Positions 26,640-38,560 are shown, counted from the first letter of the whole stretch. The stretch is DNA of 63,216 nucleotides, filler included, from Octopus bimaculoides (GCF_001194135.2; 7 parts of 6 records of this genome joined end to end with filler, not necessarily neighbours in it), one strand, 5' to 3'. Numbers and translations are program-made. The notes: generated by a model not told the origin, from the sequence alone.

Positions 26640-26945
26640 CGTACATCCCGGTATTACTGTATATTTATTTGGTAGTTTCCACAGTAAAGTGAACAAGGTG
26701 GACGGGGGTTTGAGAATGACAGCTGCTGTTCTGTCATTGGTTTTGAGCATAAAGAAAACTGGATTTCCTCCTGTCAAAAGTTCCGGATGAGCCTACCTAA
26801 CGGTAGGAAACGCAGATGAGGGTAGCAGCATCACATTCCCTCATCCATCATGTTACATATCAGCGGAGGTTTCAAGTAGTGAAGGCGTAGTAAAACCAAC
26901 GGCGGTGCTCCAGTATGGCCGCTGCTCTCGAGCTGAAACTAGTTA
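26640..26945 (+). mobile_element. Unclassified retroposon 3' end sharing the SINE A terminal stem-loop
   Basis: Ends GGCGGTGCTCCAGTATGGCCGC but the upstream body is not SINE A. Confidence 0.45.
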
Positions 26946-27250
26946 TAGAGTTTTAAGGAGTTATATGTTTTTGAGTTTCTATAGATTACGTTGTAATGAT
27001 GGTATAAGTGTAGTGTTGTAGCATATTTATGTTCGTGGGAAGGTGTGGCTTTTTATATCTGGGTGTCTGGGGAAGAGAAATTCTACAGAGGTAGGAACTA
27101 TATCGTTTGAAATTTGCTGCAGGAACAAACTGTACCCGTCATATAGTAAAATCAGGAATTTTTATTATATGCTTTATTGTTTATAGCATGCATTTACTAG
27201 TCGCATGAGTATATATAAATATATACATTTTGTGGTATCTACTGTGACTT

Positions 27251-27558
27251 GACATGTCCTAGTGGTTAGCGTATTCGGTTCACAATCGTAAGGCCGTGAG
27301 TTCGATTCCTGGCGGAGCATTAAGACGCTTTATTTCACGTTGCTCCAGTTCACTTAGCTGGCAAAAATGAGTAGTACCTGCATTTCAAAGGGTCAGTCTT
27401 GTCACATTCTGTATCACGCTGAATCCCCCCGAGAACTACGTTAAGGGCACGCGTGTTTGTGGAGTGCTCAGCCACTTGCACGTTAATTTCACGAGCAGGC
27501 TGTTCCGTTGATCGGATCAACTGGAACATTCGTCGTTGTAACCGACGGAGTACCAGCG
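27251..27558 (+). mobile_element. SINE family C variant (different head/body, C tail)
   Basis: tRNA-like head TCCTAGTGGTTAG...GAGTTCGATTCC; body TTTCACGTTGCTCCAGTTCACTTAGCTGG; tail matching 55640-55815. Confidence 0.9.
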
Positions 27559-29214
27559 CCAATATAATATTTAAAGTATTTTATGCTGGTATTGTGCGGA
27601 TATACAGCAAAATGGTTACTCTAAGCTACTGCTATTGTTAACAGCAAGAAATTTTCAAATATAAGAATTCGTTTTATTGTCCTTATCTCGTTGAAATGAC
27701 AGAATGAATAATTTTGTTTAACTTCGGTCTACAAAGAGTTTTAGAGTAAAGTATAGATGTTAAAACAAATCATTACCCCAATAAGTCAACATCTGTATGC
27801 AGTGAATTGATAAGAATTTAGTCTCTTGTCTTACAAACCATTACTTGATATTCAGTTACACTATTAGAATATTTTGGAACGGTATTATCTTCTTGCTCAA
27901 AACGCTAACTTCAACTTGTCATAACTTTGCTTAATTAGAATATTAAAAAAACCTTAAGTTATAGCATTTGTTTAATACACGCTTCAACTATTAGAAAATG
28001 ATGAATATTTATGTACGAAGGTATTCTCTCAAGACTATCTCTGACTGTAACCATTCTGGCTGGGTGTTTTTGTAACATTAGTAAGATGTTGCGAAAAAAC
28101 AGAGGAGCAGAATATAAGATTATATTATATTTATACCTTTCTGAAGGCATATGTCCAGCTAGAAAGCAGCACTCAATCAACAAATCTGCATAAGTATTAA
28201 AATAGCTTCGAGACACATTTCACTAACTGTGAGAATAAATAGCTAGTATTAGCAGTTATTTACCAATATGGCTTGTAGGAAAGTGGCAAAAGCAAACGGC
28301 TAACCATAGCCTCGGTAATTCTTTTATAATTCTGTCGGAATCAGCACCAGTGGCATTCTTCCTGAACAACTACTAGCTCATTCTATTTCAGGAAAAAAAT
28401 TATTACATATTTCTTCGTTGCATTTGAACTAAAATGTCAGCGGAAAATATTTAATTCAGTTCGAGAATAAGAATTACTCATGTCTTTAACCATTTGAGAA
28501 TACAACCAATTAAAAAGTAGAATCTTTTTCAGAAAGGTTGTACAATAACAGTAACAAATTCCTTTGCGCTTTCGAATCTAGCTAAGTTAGTCTGGTAACT
28601 TTTAATTAATCAGTTCCATTGTACACTGAACTTCTTGTAAAAGAACCCGCATCCCGCCACAAAAAAAAAAAAGAAAAAGAAAAGAAAATAACAATTAAGT
28701 AGGTCGAGTAAGTTGGTTATTAGATATTACTTTTATTTGAGTTTGTACTTCATCTAAGAACTACTTTGAAGATTCTGCTTTCTTTTTAATTTTTTTTTCA
28801 ATTACCTAACATCAACAAGTAGCTTCCTTTTGTAAGAGACTCTTGATTTTACCGTATTGTTATCCTGTATTACTAAAGGGTGACTCAAATGACGTCTGAG
28901 GAAATAGTATTCACAAGTAATCATGTCTTATTCATGAAAATTTAACTTATTAACTTTGATTAATTTCATTACTATCTGTTGGCAACCTTTTCAGATAATT
29001 GGTAGTCTAGAGATTAATACTGGTCATTTGTTGAAAAGAAAAAAAATATTATAAATGATTATAACATTAAAATGTATTATAGAATAAAGTATGAAGGAAC
29101 CAGACGAGAATACACAGACACATACTATTGTGAAATAAATAAGGATTAAAAACTAACATACTGACACGAGACATGGAGAAAGAGAGAGAAGGAGAGAGAT
29201 AGAGTGACACGCAG

Positions 29215-29700
29215 AGACCCATGCGAGATCAGCCCCAACTGTTCAGCTGATCAGGGAGAGAAGAAGCCAACCTCTTTCCCTCCAGATTTAGAAGAGTTTC
29301 TTCATGGGAGACAAGGACGGGGTTACAAAGGAAACTTCACTTTCTTGAGGTTGTCCTAACATCTCTGATACATAATGTACTCATATGGTGAGAGGAGGCA
29401 AAGAAGATAACTGGCTGAACTGACAGTCTCGTGTGAAAATGGATGCGTGGAGGCTTTGGAGAAGAAAATCACCTAGTAACAGGATCTGATCCACCAATAA
29501 AGGATAACAGGTTGACAGGTCTAGCGATTTCCATTTGAGGATGGTGCTGAGGGTTACCTACCAGACTGTGTGGAAAATGCTGACTGTTCTTTGAGTGGCA
29601 GAAGGCAAAAAGAAAAACAGCTGCTAGCAAGATGGAGGCCAGAGGAAGAACATTTTGCTGGCTCGAAAACAAACAAAAGGAGATGAGTTGGAGGTCAAAA
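29215..29700 (+). mobile_element. HERO-like non-LTR retrotransposon, restriction-like endonuclease C-terminus, decayed
   Basis: WETRTGLQRKLHFLEVVLTSLIHNVLIW*EEAKKI, frameshift, AELTVSCENGCVEALEKK...QDLIHQ...FPFE (cf. LRPDIVLWS...ELTVPWE.GC.EA.ERK..KYQDL...FPVEVG). Confidence 0.8.
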
Positions 29701-29759
29701 GAGGACGGTTATTGACTGGCCATTAATGTCGACGCGTCGATTGGACTATGTTTCGGTTG

Positions 29760-30047
29760 AGAGTTGAAACCCAATGAAAGTTGGACAATGATTTAATGAT
29801 GCTGATGCGGTGAAAATGGCTGTAAAGAAGTGGGTACAATAATGCACATCTGAATTTTTTAAAAAGAGGATTTACGAATTAGGTTCAAGGACAGCGCGAA
29901 CTCATCGCTTGTGTTGAAAATTAGGTTTAGTAGTATCCTTGTATAGAGAAAAGATTACTTTACTAACGCGTGCAATTTCAGCTGCATCTGTCAGTTAATA
30001 TAAAAGATATGCCCACTTTTGCATTGATCTCGAGACAACCCTCGTAT
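29760..30047 (+). mobile_element. Mariner 3' fragment with terminal repeat
   Basis: FNDADAVKMAVKKWV...EFFKKRIYEL; ends GATCTCGAGACAACCCTCGTA (reverse complement TACGAGGGTTG, mariner-type TIR). Confidence 0.65.
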
Positions 30048-30896
30048 GTCATTTTTTCTCTGCCCAAACTGCAATACAGTTAAAGTAAAAAGTATCAGAT
30101 CATTAGATATGGATTTATTTATTTATGCATTCATTCACATCTAACAATAATTATTACAGGTGAGTTCACATCCTCAGAAATTTAAAGTCGCGGGATCTTC
30201 ACTTAATAAGGAAGGCCCAGTTCGTTGGGTTAGCCTCATGGTTACTGTTGGCTCGATGTTTGAGCAATATTTTTGGAAAGTATGGATATGAAGGTGAGGA
30301 AAATTGGTATCAGTTATAGTTAAAAGTATCATATATCGGATTTTTCTAAATTTAGCATGAAACTCTATACAGTGGTTGTTATCTTAATTTAAATGTTAGA
30401 CTTTTTTTTAGAAACCAACCATCTCTTCATAGGATTGGTTAGGAAAAAGCAAAATGCATATGTAAAAATACATGCTACATGCGCTTACAAGTGCTTACAG
30501 ATAGTATTTTGTAAACTACACACACACAGATACACACATAGAAACACATGTAATTTGTGTTATCGCCTGTGTGTGTGGGCTTATATGTTTTTATATATTT
30601 CCCTATGAAACGTTTTTACGTTTATGTAGGCATAATCATACTATAAAGATTCATTTTGGTGAAAACTTAATCTAATTGAGCAACAGTTGGACTATCGTAA
30701 GTCCGATTCTCTTTGGAATCTCCTCAAGTTTAGTGTAGCAGCATCAGTGAATCATGTTTATAGCATTATAAAGTTTCCACTACATGCGGAATATGATGTC
30801 GCTTTCATAAGAAAAAAAACTGAAACTGATTAAATTCAAATGGTAGTGAATTTGTAAAATTATGCACATACATATGTACTTATTTCCAGATACACA

Positions 30897-30951
30897 TGGT
30901 GCTCCAGCATGGCCACAGTCAAAGGACTAAAACGAATAAAAGAATAAAATA
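30897..30951 (+). mobile_element. SINE A tail fragment
   Basis: GGTGCTCCAGCATGGCCACAGTCAAAGGACTAAAAC + (AATAAAAG)n. Confidence 0.7.
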
Positions 30952-31040
30952 ATACATATATACTTATTTTCATGTATGCATATGTATGTGCTGTCTGTTG
31001 ATAGCTAGACCACAATATGTTTCAGTAGTTGAGTTCTCTA

Positions 31041-31260
31041 TACGAAGGTGTGCTGAAGGGTTCCCGGTTTTGGGTAAAAAACAAATACTGGACGATCAGT
31101 TAATCATGATTTTATTCAGCATATTCTTCTCTCAGATTCACACACTTGTTGCAGCGGTCCTTCAGTTTTTCTAAGCTCTGTAAAAGAACTTGGATGGTTG
31201 GGCCTCCAGCCAGGCCTTTCACGAACCCTCAAAGCCAGTAACTTTTCAGCAACTCCCGTA
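31041..31260 (-). mobile_element. Mariner-derived MITE, 220 bp
   Basis: TIRs TACGAAGGTGTGCTGAAGGGTTCCCGGTTT / AAAGCCAGTAACTTTTCAGCAACTCCCGTA; interior reverse complement encodes EKLKDRCNKCVNLREEYAE* (mariner C-terminus). Confidence 0.82.
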
Positions 31261-31330
31261 GATAATGCCTATCAATGTGTATTTTGTACTGTAATATTTT
31301 TGCGCATATACATACATACAGTGAAGCATA

Positions 31331-31411
<81 letters not shown>

Positions 31412-31511
31412 NNNNNNNNNNNNNNNNNNNNNNNNNNNNNNNNNNNNNNNNNNNNTTAATTAATTAANNNNNNNNNNNNNNNNNNNNNNNNNNNNNNNNN
31501 NNNNNNNNNNN

Positions 31512-32497
31512 TAATAGAAAACAAAGAAATGGAAATGCAAGAAGGCGTGATAGAGGAGAGGAAACAGTCACAGGAAGAGGAGCAGAAAGCTGATTTTGAG
31601 GAAGCTAAATCAAGGAAGAGAGAAAGGAGGAGCTCATCACCGAAAGTCGAACAAGGGGAAAAAAATGCAAATCACAGGATCAAGTGGGATCACTGAGGAA
31701 AGAAGATAATAGCAGCAGAACATTACCACAGAACCATACAGTCTCACAATCGCACAGACAGACAAATACACAGATGCATAAACACACAGACATACATACA
31801 CTCGGAAGCGAAGAAGATAACGCAGAGTTGCAGAAACCTAAAAGCACAGAACCTGAAAAGACAGACACGCAAACACAACATGCAGAACCAGAGAGAGATA
31901 AACACACAGATATACAGTCACAAAGAAATATAGAACAGACGCATGGTAGTACTGAATCACAAAAACAAAAAAGAACAGACATACAGACGCAGGAGGTACA
32001 TAGGAACGGGATATATTTGATGTCATATCGATACACACAAATAATAGAGAAGAAGATATCCAAAATAAAAGACATTGTCAAAGTGAACCTCTCGGACCGT
32101 TGCGATAAGGAGGCGAGATGGATTTTAATAGCAAAAGAAAAGTATAACAAATTGAAAGAGGCTTTCCCGACAGATATAAACCCACTGGGGCCCGAGGTGA
32201 GTTTCGAACTCAGTGCTCCAGTGGTGAACTACGAGGAAATAAGATTATATAAAATGGTGAGTAGTTTTATTTTGGATAAATTATTGAGATAATTTTGAAA
32301 AGAACTATCGAAGACTGTGAAAGGAACTATTAAGAACTGTTGAAATAATTGAAATAACGCGGCCGCCCCGGGGTGGGGCTGGGGTGGCCGTCCCATCATC
32401 ATTGTTTAATTTCATTGTTCCGTGCTATCATGTGTTAATTGTCCCCGTATGTGTATTGTCCCATCTGTGTTTAGCCCCTTGTGGGTAATAAAGAAAT
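31512..32497 (+). mobile_element. LINE-derived element with a single ORF1-like ORF, no ORF2, 3' tail ending AATAAAGAAA
   Basis: About 260-codon E/K/Q/T-rich frame from the gap to the stop at 32292 with one A-run frameshift (about 31660); about 200-nt 3' UTR; tail GTGTTTAGCCCCTTGTGGGTAATAAAGAAAT. ORF1 identity is inference. Confidence 0.6.
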
Positions 32498-32625
32498 TGG
32501 TATTTCGTCTGTCAAATTCCGCCGAGGTCGACTTTCCTTTTTATTCTTACGGGGTCGATGAATTAAGAACCAGTTGCGACTGGCCCCTCCCCCAAAATTT
32601 CGGGCCTTGTGCCTAGAGTAGAAAA
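32498..32625 (+). mobile_element. SINE family B, 5'-truncated, directly abutting the previous element
   Basis: GGTATTTCGTCTG..CAAATTCCGCCGAGGTCGAC...CCTTGTGCCTAGAGTAG. Confidence 0.88.
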
Positions 32626-32929
32626 TAACGAACCCAGTGGAAAAAAATACACAAATAAAATATTTCCAAAACCATTTTTTATATAGATATATATTTTTCC
32701 CGCTTTTTCCTTTATGAAGCTTTAGGTTGCCGTTAACGAATGAGTGATGTCATAATAAAATACGACGTTACAATTTAATAAATATTAAATTTTCTCTTCA
32801 CAAGTCACGGGCCATTATAAGTATCAAAAATGCCTAGTTTATAGCCGATTAACAGTAAATTCCATTTTTCTTTTCCCAGTTTATAAATGAGCTTTCATGT
32901 GTCTGTTTAGTTTGTTAGTTGTACCCAAA

Positions 32930-33268
32930 GACTAAACCAAAGTTCCCGTGAATTCTATTACTGTGCAAGAGGTTAGTTGCAAGATCAGTATTTATTGTAT
33001 TATACCTACGCTTTACATATACACCTTCCATACAATATATGGCGAGGCGCAAAGTAAAGCAGGCAATCTTCTGTTTATTGTATAATCTGAGAACTTCTGA
33101 GACTTCAATCTTCAGACCTAGCTCAAAATTGCCGAGTGATTCACTTGTAAACTGGATTAATCTCACTTCAATCTTCAAATCCTCGACCATTTGATATATC
33201 CAGTTGTAAGTTTTTGCATTTTTTCTAGATATTTTGAACAAATTTTTTGTAAAATGGCGTACAGACAT
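32930..33268 (-). mobile_element. Possible RLE-type non-LTR C-terminal fragment
   Basis: ORF 32915..33268: SRKNAKTY...VRLIQF..ESLG...LAIY...VYVKRR follows the RK..KY...V....LG...A..IW.KR pattern loosely. Confidence 0.35.
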
Positions 33269-33431
33269 TTACTTATTGGCATTATTGACTTTTTTCTATT
33301 GTTATAAGTTTTTAACCTTAACGTTATCTCTCCCCCGCTTTATTGTTTGTCTATACCCAAGCGTACTTGTACAAAATGTTGACTTTTTTTTTTCTATGTC
33401 TGAGACCTTCGCAGCAAGTAAAAAAAAAATG

Positions 33432-33762
33432 TTAGTAGATTGGCAGAGCGTTGGACAAAATGCCTTGCGATATTTCTTCCGGCTTTTTATGTTCTAAGTT
33501 CAAATACCACCTAACTAAGCATTACCTTTCAGTGTCGAAAAATTAAGAAATCGATCAAGTCCTGGGATCAACGTAATCGACTTACCCCTTCCCTCTAAAA
33601 TTGCAGCCTTTGAGAGAAACTTTGAATACAAGCAGGCAGAAACGTTAGCACATCGGACAAAATGCTTCGCGGCATTTCTTCTGAGTTCAAATTCCGCTGT
33701 AGTCAGCTTTACCTTTATATTTGTAGTCGACTGTCTCCCCACCTAAAATGCAGGCCTTCGCG
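33432..33762 (+). mobile_element. Two tandem diverged SINE B copies
   Basis: Heads at about 33432 and about 33635 (GGCAGAAACGTTAGCAC...GAGTTCAAATTCCGC). Confidence 0.75.
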
Positions 33763-35278
33763 ACGTTCAACTTTAGGATTGCCTCTACATTATCATCCAT
33801 CACAAGTGAAAAGCTAAGGAAATTTTTCTACGTTAAAGTTTTTCATTTTGTCAATGATTTCCAGAGCCTATAACTAAAGACTTCATTGCGGCTGAGACCT
33901 TTGTGGTTTTTCACACACGCACACAAAAAAACTTCACGGTTATTTCATCCTAACAACTTTTTCAGCAGTTTCCGTCATGTTTCACGAGACGTCAGTTCAT
34001 TCTTACACAGCATCCTCTACTTGCTGAAAATAACAGTAAAATGCATGATTACATTTCTAGTGAGTATATAACATTTCTTGATACCTTCTTGTTCCCAATT
34101 CAGTATTTTCCGTCATCTCTCCGCTTCTCTCGGCCGGAGAATGGGGGAGATCTGGCTTATCTTCATTTTCACGGCACCTTTTGGTCACTCTTGCTCGCAG
34201 CTCCGATTTCATGACGGCGTTTTCAAGCAATGCCATCAGCAGCATGTCTCAACTAGACGCCTTGTCACGACCGCCACTACCGCTCCTGCAAATCTTCGAA
34301 CTGCATTCCACTCTTTGGCGCCTCCTTTTTCAATGAACACTTGTCTTTTCGGGATCCCGGCATCTTTCATATTCACCACATTATTCCCTAACATCTTACA
34401 ATGGATTCTCTCTACATAATGAACTATTTGCGAGTTTGTAAATTTCAAAAAACTGGCCTTACATATTTTTCGCATGTTTTCACTTTTCAGGACGCTTTTT
34501 TCACATTGTTCCTGTTATTGACTGTCAAATATTTTTTGCTGAACGTTTTTACCTTGTACATACTTGCATTGTATTTTTAATTGTTCTGCCATAGTTCGGA
34601 TTCTGTGCCTCACACATTTTGTTCTCTACAAGAACAGACATTTTTCTGCATGTTTCCTCCAAACTTGTGCTCTTGCATTGTTCATACAACTGCTTTGTCA
34701 TGTTTCATTCTTCTGTGCCCATCTATCGCACACGTACTTCGCCTACCTTACTTTTGTTCGACCAATTCCGGTCTAAGAGGGGAGGGGCTGTAGGCGCAGT
34801 TACCTCCCTTGATGGCGGCTGTTTAAAATAGCTTGCCTTCTATGGTACAAGCAGCGCTAAGGTTTGGATGCTAAGCTCTGGCACTTCCCTTTTCGCATTG
34901 AGATGCCAGAGCGTAAAGACATGACCTCGCCAGCTCTTATACTAGATACATGTAGCATCTAGCAGACATGAGGTAATACACAGAAGATGAACATGGCCTC
35001 CATTCATCAAACTTTTCCATTATTATTCAATTTGTATATATTTGAGACCGAGTGTAAAGGTATATAAAGTTACAGCTTTGTTCTATGAATTCATTGTACC
35101 GTGTTTCTTTATCGAATGACATATTACATCCTTCTGAACAGAGTCATCATTAGATGGCTTCACAACTTGAGAACACAACCAATCTAAAATGGTGACCCTG
35201 AAGCAGCACACGCACCACCAGTCACAATGCCAGAATCCACGGGGGAGGTCACCTTGTCCTGAGTTCCAAGAGCACACG

Positions 35279-35279
<1 letters not shown>

Positions 35280-35312
<33 letters not shown>

Positions 35313-35668
35313 CTATATATATCTCTCTATATATATCTCTCTATATATATCTCTCTATATATATATCTCTATATATATATCTCTATATATATATCTCTAT
35401 ATATATCTCTCTATATATATCTCTCTATATATCTCTCTATATATATCTCTCTATATATATCTCTATATATATATCTCTCTATATATATCTCTCTATATAT
35501 ATCTCTCTATATATATCTCTCTATATATATATATATCTATATATATATATATATCTCTCTCTCTCTATATATATATATATCTCTATATATATATATATCT
35601 CTATATATATATATATCTCTATATATATATATATCTCTATATATATATATCTCTCTCTATATATATAT
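35280..35668. repeat. Higher-order (CT)n(AT)m compound microsatellite preceding a gap
   Basis: Recurrent ATCTCTCTATATATAT-type units. Confidence 0.92.
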
Positions 35669-36442
35669 NNNNNNNNNNNNNNNNNNNNNNNNNNNNNNNN
35701 NNNNNNNNNNNNNNNNNNNNNNNNNNNNNNNNNNNNNNNNNNNNNNNNNNNNNNNNNNNNNNNNNNNNNNNNNNNNNNNNNNNNNNNNNNNNNNNNNNNN
35801 NNNNNNNNNNNNNNNNNNNNNNNNNNNNNNNNNNNNNNNNNNNNNNNNNNNNNNNNNNNNNNNNNNNNNNNNNNNNNNNNNNNNNNNNNNNNNNNNNNNN
35901 NNNNNNNNNNNNNNNNNNNNNNNNNNNNNNNNNNNNNNNNNNNNNNNNNNNNNNNNNNNNNNNNNNNNNNNNNNNNNNNNNNNNNNNNNNNNNNNNNNNN
36001 NNNNNNNNNNNNNNNNNNNNNNNNNNNNNNNNNNNNNNNNNNNNNNNNNNNNNNNNNNNNNNNNNNNNNNNNNNNNNNNNNNNNNNNNNNNNNNNNNNNN
36101 NNNNNNNNNNNNNNNNNNNNNNNNNNNNNNNNNNNNNNNNNNNNNNNNNNNNNNNNNNNNNNNNNNNNNNNNNNNNNNNNNNNNNNNNNNNNNNNNNNNN
36201 NNNNNNNNNNNNNNNNNNNNNNNNNNNNNNNNNNNNNNNNNNNNNNNNNNNNNNNNNNNNNNNNNNNNNNNNNNNNNNNNNNNNNNNNNNNNNNNNNNNN
36301 NNNNNNNNNNNNNNNNNNNNNNNNNNNNNNNNNNNNNNNNNNNNNNNNNNNNNNNNNNNNNNNNNNNNNNNNNNNNNNNNNNNNNNNNNNNNNNNNNNNN
36401 NNNNNNNNNNNNNNNNNNNNNNNNNNNNNNNNNNNNNNNNNN

Positions 36443-36486
<44 letters not shown>

Positions 36487-37089
36487 CACACATACATTTA
36501 TTTTGTAGACACATCTCTCTCTATATATATATGTATATATATATATATGATTTTTAGATTGATGAAATTAGTAAAATATGTTATCCTTTGCCTGGAAAAG
36601 GAAATAAAGGCTTGTATCAGAAAGGCCATACAAAGAAAAAGGACCATAACGAAAGGAAAGAATGAAAGTAGATGTATATAGAAACTGATGAAGTAAACAC
36701 AATTTACAATAAAAATTTGCTGTTTTATCCTGATTAAAATACCAGCGTCTTTGGAGCAAAGCCTTGAAATGCTGTTGTTTGCTTTAGCATCTGTGACTAT
36801 CACCCACTCCCATTTAGTCTGTTTTCTTACTCTTCTTTCCTTCTAGCTTGACCGACAGGACAAATTGTGTTTTATTATATGTAAAATGATTTGTAATGAA
36901 ATTTCTCTTTTAGATTCTCGTCTGTTTCTTATGTAAGAATACGCGTAATTCATGCTCGTTGCTAAGCTGGTGGGGCACTGGACAGCACTTCCCCCTCACT
37001 ATTCAATGGGGTACTCTCAGATTTAGAAAATTCTTTCTGCAATACAAATTAGTGACCACCCAGGATATTCTGAAGCGACCCTGGCGACG

Positions 37090-37325
37090 GGCCTGGCGCA
37101 GTGGGAGTTATGCTGTTGTTTAACTCCAGGTAGTCTCTTATTGAGCAGATATACGATCATAAGCATTCTAACAATGACAATTTTGTCATTTATTTTTCAG
37201 ACTGGAAGTATCTAATACTACCTTATCCAATAGTCTTAGACATAACACTCATTTAAGACAGAAGGGAATGATTTACGGGAAATTTGGCTACAATTTCTAA
37301 CCATGGTGAAGTTCTCTAGTTGGCT
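37090..37325 (+). mobile_element. Old dispersed repeat (family E), most complete copy
   Basis: GGGAGTTATGCTG...CCAGGT...GAGCAGAT.T.GATCA...GGGAAATTTGGCTACAATTTCTA. Confidence 0.6.
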
Positions 37326-37389
37326 CGGTGTAAATAGTTAGTTGGTTATTGTGGTATGTAAGTGATATAGTGTCGAGCGGTGGTTACTG

Positions 37390-37590
37390 TGTACAGCAGA
37401 GATTTTCTGCCGCAGGCCATAGAACGTTTTCAAGGGTCACAGAGCAAAAAATTAAACATTTGTGGTCCACATGAATTTCTAAATGGGTTTCACAAACTTA
37501 AGCCTTCAGACTTAGAAGCGTTTTGTAACAGTAGTGTAGCAAAAGTTCTCAGTATCCCAGGTGCAAAGATACTTTTGGCGTCCCCTTTGT
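37390..37590 (-). mobile_element. Old mariner-derived remnant
   Basis: Terminus reverse complement TACAAAGGGGACGCCAAAAG; interior resembles transposase C-terminus. Confidence 0.4.
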
Positions 37591-37784
37591 AATTAACTGG
37601 CATGATGAGCCAGAGGAAATTTTGTACTCCATATTTGTCCCGAGGTTCTACATTCCCCCACTTCGACGACCTCTCTTGCAAAACTCTGTCTTAAAGTAAG
37701 CATTTTAATTTTTTTTTTTTTGTGGAAATTTCAATACTGTAACTATACAACATTACAGTAGCATGCTACTGTGTACTATATAGG

Positions 37785-38060
37785 TGCAGAACGAACAGTC
37801 AAGAAGTTCATTTCGAACCACGAAGTCCCGGGTTCGATTCCACTGCATAGCATCTTGGGTAATTGTCATTTTCTATAACTACAGTGGTAGAAACTGTAAT
37901 TCCAAAGATGCAGATTTGTCACATATAGTGATCTTGACGTGTACCCTTAATTACATTAAGGGTACATATGTATGGAGTGCACAACCACTTACACATTAAT
38001 TCAGGGGCAAGTAATTCAGTTGATCGAAGAACTGAATCCTCGTCGCATAATGATGGAGAT
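37785..38060 (+). mobile_element. Chimeric SINE: A-like head with C-like tail
   Basis: CCCGGGTTCGATTCCACTGC...CTTGGGTAA...TTCTATAAC (A) joined to ACATTAAGGGTACA...TGGAGTGCACAACCACTTACAC...GTTGATCG (C). Confidence 0.6.
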
Positions 38061-38069
38061 ATAATGTTA

Positions 38070-38560
38070 TCCATCCAATCATCCTCCCTGCCCAGTATTC
38101 CCTGCAGGGCTGTGAGAGTAGAGTTCCCAGGCACCTCCTCTATAGTAGCTATCTGACCCAGTAATGATATGTTAGAATGGGGCTTGTATGGACATGTCCT
38201 CATGACCCCAGAAGTTCACAAAATTATTCTGGAATTATGAGTGTAAGGCATAAAATCCAGCATCAATACGTGGACATAAGGGTCATTACTTTCTGTCTAG
38301 ACGAGACAGAGAAGCAGAAAATAGAGGAACAGCGCAGCAAACCAAGGATATTATTGGTCTTGTAGCACCACCAGTCACAATGCCAGAATCCACGGAGGAG
38401 GTCACCTTGTCCTGAATCCCAAGAGTACCCAACCACAAAACCAGAGTGTAAAAGTTTGGGGTCAAAAAGTGGAAGTTCATGCTAATAGTACAACTCCATT
38501 GTTTTGCAATAATGGGTATGAAATAGAGACTAGATATGGTTTGCATGCAGCAATCTCACC
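38070..38560 (+). mobile_element. Decayed ORF1/gag-like fragment, unclassified
   Basis: Broken GHKGH..C knuckle-like motif followed by an E/K/Q-rich stretch; shares about 65 bp with 35210-35272. Confidence 0.3.

Noticed and set aside
27251-27325. tRNA gene candidates (also 48524, 55433, 41042)
   Set aside because: A/B boxes are present, but there is no complete acceptor stem and each continues into a SINE body.
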